Source: a virus. From it: a stretch of 64,000 nucleotides of DNA. The position numbers and the translations under genes were made by a program. The notes beneath the pieces were generated by a model that saw only the letters and a list, made by a program, of their open reading frames with translations, ran no database searches and had not been told where the DNA came from. The stretch lies in IMG/VR virus record IMGVR_UViG_3300040959_000769, positions 32,001 through 96,000 of that record; one strand, given 5' to 3'. This document shows positions 25,262 to 34,413 of this stretch, piece by piece; positions within the stretch are counted from its first letter, which is position 1, and every line of letters begins with the position of its first letter.

Positions 25262-26371
25262 TTAAAAATCCGCCTCGTTGATATGACGCAAACTTTTTGA
25301 TCCACCCTTGCGAGGATGACCCTTTGGAAGCAGATCGTTATCAGTCGTGTAGCGAGAATTACGTGGTTTACCTTTATCTAACAGGTACAAAAATGCGTTC
25401 ACCCGAGCAAATGCCCAACGGGAACGAGTCATTCCCGGTCGATGGGAAGAAGAAAACGCTCCTGCTCCACGACGCCAAACCGACTTCAAGCGACCAAGAC
25501 TCGCCATCGTGTGCTGCGGTTTGTTCTTCTTACGCATCTTCTCGTTATGTTCTTTGACCTTATTACGCAATGCGTTGATGGTTTCATCGCTCAGAGTAAT
25601 TTTGGAAGCAGACGACGCCGAACTAGCACTCCCCTTCGGATTCCGAGACGAACCACTGATTCTTTCACTAGGCAAAGCCGGAGTTGCTGCGGCACGGTCA
25701 GAGCGAGCCTTTCGGACTTTCTTAACCTGAGTCAAAGAAGAATCATTTAGATCCTTCTGAAGAGATTCTAGTTCTCCCAGCAAACTGTTATCCGTTGTTT
25801 CTTTGCGAGACAAACGACGCAATCGGCGGAGCAAGCGACGTTCGGCACGTTCGCGATCACGCCGAGCCTGCGGTCCGACACCTGTCCGACGCCGATAATC
25901 AGACATATTCGTGCAAGGAGTCCATACAACATCACCATCTGGGGTTTGGCGACGCGCAATACCAACGCACCCCAACTGCCGAGACCGTAAACGGGCACCA
26001 TCCGGAGAGGTAAAAACATCAGGGTCACCTAAGCGAGGCTTTGCTCGACCGTATAGAAATCCCTTCACGGCTTTACCGCCAACACCAGTGCCAGAAACAA
26101 GACCGCCACCAGGAAGGGTGTCAATGCTTCCGACACCTCCTTCGCCTAGCTCTTCCCAGTCTTTTCCACGCTTTTTGCGGCGACGACGTTTCTTCTCAGG
26201 CTCAACAATCATTGACTTTTTCTGTGGTTCTGCCCGTTCCGACAGTCGCATTAGTTCTTCAGGCGACTTGCAAGGCATCCAGACGCCGTCGTCGTTCTGA
26301 TGAACACCGGAACAGCCCATGTAGCGAGCCATCCGGTAAGCCATTTTCTTTGGATCCTCTTGCTTAGCCAT
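25262..26371 (-). CDS. head-associated protein with two GCxG...WxPC repeats and a DUF5824-like C-terminal domain
   Basis: MGCSG...WMPC and LGCVG...WTPC; RRGAGAFSSSHRPG...WAFARVNAFL. Confidence 0.7.
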   Translation of the reverse strand: MAKQEDPKKMAYRMARYMGCSGVHQNDDGVWMPCKSPEELMRLSERAEPQKKSMIVEPEKKRRRRKKRGKDWEELGEGGVGSIDTLPGGGLVSGTGVGGKAVKGFLYGRAKPRLGDPDVFTSPDGARLRSRQLGCVGIARRQTPDGDVVWTPCTNMSDYRRRTGVGPQARRDRERAERRLLRRLRRLSRKETTDNSLLGELESLQKDLNDSSLTQVKKVRKARSDRAAATPALPSERISGSSRNPKGSASSASSASKITLSDETINALRNKVKEHNEKMRKKNKPQHTMASLGRLKSVWRRGAGAFSSSHRPGMTRSRWAFARVNAFLYLLDKGKPRNSRYTTDNDLLPKGHPRKGGSKSLRHINEADF

Positions 26372-26711
26372 CTTTTTTCCTCTTCGCGTTATCAAAGTTG
26401 CGTGAGGACAACTTGTTAAACATGTCGTCCGCCATTTCTTTGCCTTCGCCTTCATAGTCAACGACAAAGGATTGTGCGGTGTAGCCAGGAGCGGCTGGTG
26501 TGTACTCGTCAAAAATCATGCGAGCAGCATCTTCGGACTCTTTAGCAGTCAAAGCCGCGAAAGTGTTCCTGAGTGAAGTTGCCTGCATTGAACCACCCAT
26601 CGTTAGTTCATTGCCGACGATTTTGACTTCACCGTCATTATAAATGAAAACTGTTTGCGGAATTTGTTCACCGTTCTTGACGAGGTCAAAATACAGAAGA
26701 GCTTTCTTCAC
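26364..26711 (-). CDS. hypothetical protein
   Basis: ORF track; operon-packed. Confidence 0.75.
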   Translation of the reverse strand: MKKALLYFDLVKNGEQIPQTVFIYNDGEVKIVGNELTMGGSMQATSLRNTFAALTAKESEDAARMIFDEYTPAAPGYTAQSFVVDYEGEGKEMADDMFNKLSSRNFDNAKRKKDG

Positions 26712-26716
26712 TTAAA

Positions 26717-27157
26717 TCACTCTTCCTCGTCGTCAGGGGTACGAATAAAATCAACATAGGCTTTAACCGACTTGCGGTGTTTAGCAGGAACCGGCAAAGA
26801 CGCAAGATCTGATCGATCAAACTTCCGGACATGAATCAAGCCGTGGTACAAGGTGGGCACAGCGATGCGCTTATCGTCCATGTACACGGTGCCATCCAAA
26901 ATGATCGGATGAACACGAGAGCCATCCGACACCGACATCATCTTGTCGTCACCCATATTAATGAAAGAAACCATCATTGGAGTTTCGTAGTCAGACAGCC
27001 ACTTACGATTATCTGAAGTAGTTCCAGATAAAACGACAGGTCCAGCGATGACAACACCGGCTGACTTCATTTCATCGGTCAGGTACTTGTCCATGACGTC
27101 AAAATCCTTGAAGGTTTCTTCGCCAACCTTTACCCAAACCGGGATTTGGCGCATCAT
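26717..27157 (-). CDS. hypothetical protein
   Basis: ORF track; ATGA-type overlap with the giant gene. Confidence 0.75.
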   Translation of the reverse strand: MMRQIPVWVKVGEETFKDFDVMDKYLTDEMKSAGVVIAGPVVLSGTTSDNRKWLSDYETPMMVSFINMGDDKMMSVSDGSRVHPIILDGTVYMDDKRIAVPTLYHGLIHVRKFDRSDLASLPVPAKHRKSVKAYVDFIRTPDDEEE

Positions 27158-30100
27158 GCGATGATCCCTTCTGCTTTCAAACGACTAAGCAACTTCTGGT
27201 AAGCTGCATCCGCTTCCGCCGGAGTGACAACTATGTCAGAAACTGGGACGCCGTCAATTTCGGTAATACCAATCGCCTGCAAATTTTGAATCACAGAACT
27301 AGCAGTACTTGTGACATAGATTGACGACGACGCTGGGACGCTATCCCGAACCATCATCTGGTTACCGCCAGCAGTGGCTTGGAACGCTTTATCGTGACCC
27401 CATCGAGCATTCAACTCGCCCCAAGCATCATTTTGCTGGGTGTACATGTCGGCATACGCCATCATCAACTCTGGTGGCGTATAAACCTTTCCATTACTGT
27501 ACGAACCAGCAGAAGTCTCAGAGGTAGTACCCAAAAACACATAGTCAGCGCTACCTTTGTTCTTAGCGTCTGCCGCTGATGAGCCACCCGCTTTGCCAAT
27601 GCCTCCGTTGAAGCGAGTCGTTGTTGAACCCAAAGACCCAGTTGCCAAAATTGACAAGAATTTTTCGTCAACTGATGAGTCAGACTTGTACATCACATCG
27701 TGATACAACGGACCAAGTTTGTACTTCTCTTTCAGTTTCTTTGCATCCTCCGGAGAAAACATAACTTTCAACTCGCCAGTAGTTGTCGGTCGCATTGAGA
27801 TACCCTCTGGGTCAATACCGGCTTTAGTCAAGGCATCAAGCATGTCGTCAATGTCCTCATTGCCAGTCAGATTTGATGCACCCAACACTGCGCGACCGGC
27901 AGTCATAACGCCATAATTGCGAACATCCTCCGGTGTTGGATTGCCATGGTTCTTGACACCCAAGTTTGAAAGAGCCGACGTCACGTTTGCATCATTGAGT
28001 ACGTCATCCGACTTTCCGGGCAAAATGACCGAATACGTCGCATGGTACGAAGATTTAGTATTAGACGTTTTTGTCGCCAAAATGACAGTGCCATCAGGCA
28101 TCACTTTCCGATACGTCATTACATCTTCATCACCAGGGGAGGTCTTCGGGTTGTTGAAGTTGAAACTCTTGGATTCGCCTGCCTTGGCTCCAAGTTGGGT
28201 TGAGTACCGAGCAGTTGCTTTGCCCTGAACCAAGTACGTCCAGCCATTTGCTTCAGGATTTTCAAGTTCTGACTGCATCTTGGCGTGAGCGTCACCACGG
28301 AGTTTCAAGTTGAGCATCGTTGCGATCTTGCCAGAACCACCAACATTTCCATCCGCATCAGGCATCCCAGTGGTCTTGATGTCTTGGGCTCGAACAGCGA
28401 AACCTTCAATATCTTCGCCGTCCCACAACATGACGTGCCCAAAGTTACGTGTACCAGACTTGGCTTTCATTTTCTCAACCGCTGTAGCAGCAGGGCTATC
28501 ACCCTGATTCACTGCAAATTTCTTGACTGCTGGTCCACCAGTGAGAATGTCAGAAATCTCTTCTTGGCTGTAGCCAGCCTTCGCCAAAGCAGATGTGGTC
28601 ATGGCATCCCAGTCAAGGTTTGACTGTTTCGTCTTCAAGTACGCGATGTGCTTGTCTAGGCGCTGCACATCCTCGTTACCGACGACGTTCCCGGACGTCA
28701 ACTTGGCTTTCAAAGCGGAATCCATGTCCAACTTTGCAACCTTCCGTGACGCCTTGTTGAGAGCGTTTGCCCATTTCTCTTTCTCTTCAGGAGACAACTT
28801 GGCAACAAGACCCATGAGGTCAACGTTGTCGCCCTTCGTGACCTTCGTGAAGCCAGCGCCTTGTTCTGCACCTGAACCACCCCAGTCACGGAAAGCATTA
28901 CCGTGGTCAATCGGATGCAGATTCCACTTACCGTCAGACCCTTTAACTACAAACATGTTGCCGGGCGTGCGATCAAAGTAGTTCATTGTCCTGTCAAGAA
29001 CCATCATCCGAGCAATTGATTCTCCGGTCAACTGCGCATCCGCAGGGATCTGATGGAGAGACTTGACCTCATTATTGGGGAACTGGTTCTCAAGGTGTTC
29101 AATGACCATTGTTCGACCGCGACCCTGGGTGACACCTTCCGCAGATTGCTGTGGACCAGGGAGGTTCGTGTCTTTTACTGCTGAACCAAATCGGATACCA
29201 GCAGTTGGGAACCCGAGTTCGTTCGCCAAGTGCGCCCCAAGAGCTTCTTGGATGTGACCCATGTGGTTGCGATCTTCGGTTTTGATGATGTACTTCTTGC
29301 CTGTCACTGAATCAACAACAGCGAAGTTGTCGGGGTTGAATCCTTGAGTGATCGCAAATGGCTGGAACCTCTTGTTCTCGCCGAGGTTGGCAACAATTGA
29401 GTCCTTCAAGAAATCGTCTGGGACTTGAGACAAAGCGCCACCCGTGGAAACATGCGTTGCAGCGTCTTCAACGTCAAAGAGTCCGGCGTTGCCAACTGGG
29501 ATTGTTTGTGCGACAGCGTCACCAGTGTCAGATGTTGAACCGAGAAGAACAGGATCAAAATCTGGAGTGGAAAGCATTCCAGAGCCGGTGTTTTTGTCGG
29601 ATGGTTTTGACTGCACATCTTTGATGTTCAGCATTCCCTGCTTGAAGGCTAAGCGCTTGTCCTCTGGGACAAAGTCGGCGTACTTCTTAAGTTCTTGATA
29701 GACAAGTTTCTTCTCGCTGTCAGGAAGTGAAGGATCTGACATTCGAGCAGACAGCGCAGCGATGTACTTGTTACGAGCAGTGCTTACATCACGCATAGCG
29801 CGCAACTTCAAGATCTCGTCGTTAGCAGCACCAAGTTTGTCAGTTGCTGCGTCAAGATCGGATGCGGCGACATCAATAGCGTCCTGCAACGAGTTTGTTC
29901 CAGTTGCTTGCAGGATCTGAGTTACAAGGTTTTGATCGCTTGGGTTGTCAATGCCTGTTTGGAGTATCTGAAGACTTTCCTTGTCTCCGTTGGCACGGAG
30001 AATGTAGGTCTTGTAAATCTCACCCAATGCAGAGTTCGGGTTGTTTTTACCAGTCAGGTTTTGGAGGACGTCAATCTGTTCCTGAGCGGAAAGATCGTAG

Positions 30101-33100
30101 AAGTCAACCGGAAGGGAGTCAAGCAAGTCGGTGCCATAGTCAGCGTTTGAGATCTGACCCTGCATTGTCTTGCCCTTGGCTTCTTGCTTTTCTTTCTGCG
30201 TGTCATATTTGAAGTCAGGAGCAGAAGCCTTCAAGTGAGAGAGAATGTGGCCAGCCGCGTCACCTGGTGAATCAGGATTTATCGTCTTCGGCTTGTCAGG
30301 CGCATCAGTGTTCTCAGAGTCAGCAAGCGACTCTATGGCGCTGATACGAGATACTTTGACCCACTTCTCCAACGCCTTTTTGTGCTTGTGAACAGCGAGA
30401 GCATGGTTGAACTCTTCTTCACTTCCGAAATGAGCGTTCAGCGCCTCATAGTTCGGCTCATCAGCAACAGCAACAATTTCAAACGGTGCCGACAAGCCAG
30501 CAATTCGTGCTTCTAAGTAATCGTAGTAAGCGTTGACGTCATCTTCCGTCTTGAGGTCGTTGAACTCTGCGTCTGAAATCAGTTTTGATTTAGCGGAGGC
30601 AATAGTTGCTTTGGTCGGAGTGAAGTTATCAATCGAGTCCTTGATCGCAGACTCCATGTTGTCAACTTCAGGGAGACCGTCGGTTAGATCATCTGGAAGA
30701 TCAGCATCCGGCATCAAATCTGGAGTTGTCAGGCTGTCATCTTCGTTTTTCTTCTTCAACTCAGCGTTAATTGCGTAAGACCGAGTGAGAGCATGTTTAG
30801 TTTTCTCAATCTCGGCCATAGCCAGATACTTCAACTCAAGATCGTTAGGGCTTAACTCTCCAGAACCCATCTTTTGCAGGTTCGCCGCATTTATCCCGTC
30901 ATACGCCTTGCCGAGCTCGCCTAACTTGTCAAGAATTGCTTTCTCGTCAACAGTTCCATCTTCTTTACCGAACCTCGCAACGATGCTTCCGTCTTTTTCA
31001 CCCGCCGAGTGAGCGTTCGCATCTTTAATCTTTGCATCAACAAATAGTTGGTCAAGTTTCTTCTGATACGCAGAACGATCCGCAAACGTGTCAAAAGGAG
31101 TGGTGTCACCTTCATAGGTGTCAAAGTCTGCACGGAACGGGTTGAACTCTGCGCTGTCGCCGTCATCACTGTCTGACGGGAACAACGTGCCAGCCGCCGA
31201 CTTCTTCTTCAGGGCTTCCACGACCTCAGCCAACTTCTGGACTTCAGCATGCTTAGCGAGAGCCGACTGAATGTCGTCCTCCGTAGCAGTTCCCTCAGAC
31301 ACCTTCACGTGCATCTCAGCCAATCCTGCGTTGACTTCAAATTTCTTTGAACTCAAGTCGTCATCAAGTGCAGCAATGTATGCGTCTGGGTCAGCCTTCA
31401 ATTCGTCAACGTCGTCAACATTTGACAGAAGTTTCTCGTTGTCTAACTCAAAAGAAGCACCTAGTTGAGCAGCCTCTGTGAAATTTTTCTGCTGAGTGAG
31501 TTGAACGTTGGTCTTGTCTGCATCAATCTTGGCTTGCAAAGCAGCCACTTGGGCTTCTTGTGCCTTAACGCTCGCCTCATATACTTCGTTATCTTGATCC
31601 ACCGCTGTCTGGTAGTAGCGAACTTTATTCTCTGCTCGGATCAACTTGATGACATCGTTTTCAGTGACCGTCTCACCATTCGTTATCTTCTTTGACAACT
31701 CCCCACGAAGTTCAGACAAATTCTCCTGTTCAGACTCCAAATTCAAAACGTGCAACTCAGGAGCTTGAGCATTCAGTTTCGCTGCTGCATCAATTTCGTC
31801 ATTGCTCTTATAGAGAATGTCATTTTTATTCTTCTTATCTTCAGGCAAGTTCTCAATAGTTGAACGCAACCCCTGCTTATACGACATGACATACTTGCCA
31901 GGGTTTTCACCAAGGTTCAAAACCTTGTCAGGCTCCACGTCTTTACCTGGCACTGAAAGTTGCTTAGGCGCATCCGGAGGTTTTGGTGCTTCAGGCGCAT
32001 CAGCCTCAGGGACAACAGATTTATCCGGATTGATAGGCGCATCAACATTCGGCGTCTTCGGCTTATCAGCCTTCTTCTTCTTGCCAACCAGCATTTCGCC
32101 AACATTTGCTTGCTGAATAATCGCCTGACGCCGCTTCGGATTCACATAGTTAAAGCGCTCATAGAAATTGACTTCGTCCATTCCATCATCAGGAACCCAC
32201 ATAGCCAAAAAGTTTTTACGCTCAGCACGCAACATGCCAAGCAGCGCCTCGTCAATAGGCTCAGTTTTTGAAACCTTCTCGTAGTGAGCGTCAATGAGAG
32301 CCAACGCTCCCTTAGCGTCAGTGACATCTTCAAACTTGTCGTCACCGACTTGATTTTTCCAGAACGACCAGTTCTTCAACCGTTGCTCGTGGAACGCCTT
32401 ACGGAAATCGGCGTCAGCACCCTTCCGATGGTTTTCCAACATGATTGAGTTCAAAGCATCAGGCAAGAAAGAACCTGTCTTTGACTTCTTCAACTCAAGG
32501 TCAAGATCTTCAACCGGAACAGGTTTCAGTTCCTCAATGATGTCTTTTTCTTCAAGATCAATTGCAGCCTTGACAACCTTCATGTTGTCGTCGAACGACA
32601 GGTCGTTGTCCCATTCAACAAAGCCACCCTCAGGAGTAACAGCAAACATCGCCATCAAGGAGTCGTCGTCATTCAAACGGTCAGCGTCCACGATTCGGAA
32701 CTTGTCGTCATCGCCACGAACCACAACAAGCGACTGGCCAGTCTCCATGGAACGCTCAACGGCTTTAGCCTTAGCGTTGTCGCCGTTCTTGAAGGCACCA
32801 CCGTACTGCTTACCGGCTTTTGCTTTTGAAGGTGCAGCAGGCTTAACCTTCTTAGGCTTATCAGGACTTGGAATATCCTGAGGCATCGGATCGGCGGACT
32901 CAAGTTTCGCTCTCTCAACGAGCAGAGCTGAGCGTTCCTTCTCAATCTCTTTTAGTCGCGCATTCTCTTTCTGGGTGAAAGCGCCTTCCTTAGATTCAAT
33001 TGACATCCGCTCTTGGCTAAGTTTTTTCAGTTCGTCATTGATCTCAGCGACGCGATCCTTTTTCTTTGGCTTCTGGGCGCGAGGCTTCTTCGCTGGGGTC

Positions 33101-34413
33101 TTCTTCGCCGGGGTCTTCTTACCAGAAGGCTTCTTAGCGGGAGTCGGAACTTTCTTCGCAACCTCACGGCGACGACGATCACGACGAGGAGAGATTCCCT
33201 CCAACGGCTCATAGTCGCCGATCAACCGAGAAACGAAACGCTCAATAGCATCTTGAATCCGCTGAATTACCGTTCTCTGATCACCGTCAGACCGACGAGA
33301 CCGTCGCGGACGACCTTCAATTCCTTCAAGTGGTTCGTAGTCGCCAACGAGACGTTGAGCAAGACTTTCAGTCAACTTACGAACCCGAGGAGTCAACTCT
33401 GTCGGCTTAGCCTCAGCGCCACGCTTTTTTCGACCTGAAGGCTTCTTCTTCAAATCATCAGCAACAACTGTCCGCTTTGGCTTAGAAGGAACTAACTTCC
33501 GACGGCGCGCACGAGGCACGTCTGTATCTGGAAGATCCCCATCAACAACACCAGCGCCACGACGACGCTTACGTCTAGGAGTAATACCTTCCAACGGCTG
33601 ATAATCACCAACCAGTGCCTGAGCCAAAGACTCAAGAGAGTCGCTGACACGCTGGATCTTTTTCGCTGCACGCTCACGTCGATCTGCTTGACGCTCAACC
33701 CGAGCCGCTCGACGAACAGCACGACGCTGATCCATCGTTTCGCCAAGATCGTCAAGACGACGACCAGCATTCATGATTGCGCGACCGATACGGCGAGTTA
33801 GACCCCCACCACATCCACGACCAAAACGGTCAGTGATGCGACCGCCGTAAAGTGATCCGTCAGGACAACGCCATCCACCACCTGGACCAATGTTCGGGTC
33901 AAAAACAGCCCGGTTTTTCTTTACCTGAATATTCAGCGTTGAATACTTCTGTTGAGTCTCAGCAAATACTGCTTTGTATTCCATCGCAGCCTTACGGTCA
34001 GCGAGGGAGAACGAACTCAATGGTCGTGAAGCAACACCTTGGTAAGGATGTTTATGCTGGCTCACAGACTTACTGATAAACCTGGCACCCATCGTCTTGT
34101 GACGAGTCCCACGAATAATCATTGCCTCATCATCAGCGTTATCAACAATCTGATCAAACAAGTTACGTGGGAGACGAGACTTGAGAACCTCAAGACGCTT
34201 AGTGTTCAAGTCAAAGGACTCAGACTTTTGCAACGTCACATCAAGTGACTTGGTCATCTGGTCAGACAACATCTTTGAGTGATTTGCCCAACTAGCCCAA
34301 GTTTTAGCGTGTGGCGTAGCGCCGATAGCGGTAGCGCGATCTCCGTCACGGATAATGAAACCGTACAGATCCCCAGTCTCAACATCTTTAACAAAACTGA
34401 TTTGTTTCATCAC
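27154..34413 (-). CDS. giant (2419 aa) head-cluster protein with HipA/PI3K-like kinase domain and possible ART-fold C-terminal domain
   Basis: YIIK...EALGAHLANELG...DRTPGN...IDHGNAF kinase motifs; basic N-terminus; acidic helical middle. Confidence 0.8.
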   Translation of the reverse strand: MMKQISFVKDVETGDLYGFIIRDGDRATAIGATPHAKTWASWANHSKMLSDQMTKSLDVTLQKSESFDLNTKRLEVLKSRLPRNLFDQIVDNADDEAMIIRGTRHKTMGARFISKSVSQHKHPYQGVASRPLSSFSLADRKAAMEYKAVFAETQQKYSTLNIQVKKNRAVFDPNIGPGGGWRCPDGSLYGGRITDRFGRGCGGGLTRRIGRAIMNAGRRLDDLGETMDQRRAVRRAARVERQADRRERAAKKIQRVSDSLESLAQALVGDYQPLEGITPRRKRRRGAGVVDGDLPDTDVPRARRRKLVPSKPKRTVVADDLKKKPSGRKKRGAEAKPTELTPRVRKLTESLAQRLVGDYEPLEGIEGRPRRSRRSDGDQRTVIQRIQDAIERFVSRLIGDYEPLEGISPRRDRRRREVAKKVPTPAKKPSGKKTPAKKTPAKKPRAQKPKKKDRVAEINDELKKLSQERMSIESKEGAFTQKENARLKEIEKERSALLVERAKLESADPMPQDIPSPDKPKKVKPAAPSKAKAGKQYGGAFKNGDNAKAKAVERSMETGQSLVVVRGDDDKFRIVDADRLNDDDSLMAMFAVTPEGGFVEWDNDLSFDDNMKVVKAAIDLEEKDIIEELKPVPVEDLDLELKKSKTGSFLPDALNSIMLENHRKGADADFRKAFHEQRLKNWSFWKNQVGDDKFEDVTDAKGALALIDAHYEKVSKTEPIDEALLGMLRAERKNFLAMWVPDDGMDEVNFYERFNYVNPKRRQAIIQQANVGEMLVGKKKKADKPKTPNVDAPINPDKSVVPEADAPEAPKPPDAPKQLSVPGKDVEPDKVLNLGENPGKYVMSYKQGLRSTIENLPEDKKNKNDILYKSNDEIDAAAKLNAQAPELHVLNLESEQENLSELRGELSKKITNGETVTENDVIKLIRAENKVRYYQTAVDQDNEVYEASVKAQEAQVAALQAKIDADKTNVQLTQQKNFTEAAQLGASFELDNEKLLSNVDDVDELKADPDAYIAALDDDLSSKKFEVNAGLAEMHVKVSEGTATEDDIQSALAKHAEVQKLAEVVEALKKKSAAGTLFPSDSDDGDSAEFNPFRADFDTYEGDTTPFDTFADRSAYQKKLDQLFVDAKIKDANAHSAGEKDGSIVARFGKEDGTVDEKAILDKLGELGKAYDGINAANLQKMGSGELSPNDLELKYLAMAEIEKTKHALTRSYAINAELKKKNEDDSLTTPDLMPDADLPDDLTDGLPEVDNMESAIKDSIDNFTPTKATIASAKSKLISDAEFNDLKTEDDVNAYYDYLEARIAGLSAPFEIVAVADEPNYEALNAHFGSEEEFNHALAVHKHKKALEKWVKVSRISAIESLADSENTDAPDKPKTINPDSPGDAAGHILSHLKASAPDFKYDTQKEKQEAKGKTMQGQISNADYGTDLLDSLPVDFYDLSAQEQIDVLQNLTGKNNPNSALGEIYKTYILRANGDKESLQILQTGIDNPSDQNLVTQILQATGTNSLQDAIDVAASDLDAATDKLGAANDEILKLRAMRDVSTARNKYIAALSARMSDPSLPDSEKKLVYQELKKYADFVPEDKRLAFKQGMLNIKDVQSKPSDKNTGSGMLSTPDFDPVLLGSTSDTGDAVAQTIPVGNAGLFDVEDAATHVSTGGALSQVPDDFLKDSIVANLGENKRFQPFAITQGFNPDNFAVVDSVTGKKYIIKTEDRNHMGHIQEALGAHLANELGFPTAGIRFGSAVKDTNLPGPQQSAEGVTQGRGRTMVIEHLENQFPNNEVKSLHQIPADAQLTGESIARMMVLDRTMNYFDRTPGNMFVVKGSDGKWNLHPIDHGNAFRDWGGSGAEQGAGFTKVTKGDNVDLMGLVAKLSPEEKEKWANALNKASRKVAKLDMDSALKAKLTSGNVVGNEDVQRLDKHIAYLKTKQSNLDWDAMTTSALAKAGYSQEEISDILTGGPAVKKFAVNQGDSPAATAVEKMKAKSGTRNFGHVMLWDGEDIEGFAVRAQDIKTTGMPDADGNVGGSGKIATMLNLKLRGDAHAKMQSELENPEANGWTYLVQGKATARYSTQLGAKAGESKSFNFNNPKTSPGDEDVMTYRKVMPDGTVILATKTSNTKSSYHATYSVILPGKSDDVLNDANVTSALSNLGVKNHGNPTPEDVRNYGVMTAGRAVLGASNLTGNEDIDDMLDALTKAGIDPEGISMRPTTTGELKVMFSPEDAKKLKEKYKLGPLYHDVMYKSDSSVDEKFLSILATGSLGSTTTRFNGGIGKAGGSSAADAKNKGSADYVFLGTTSETSAGSYSNGKVYTPPELMMAYADMYTQQNDAWGELNARWGHDKAFQATAGGNQMMVRDSVPASSSIYVTSTASSVIQNLQAIGITEIDGVPVSDIVVTPAEADAAYQKLLSRLKAEGIIA

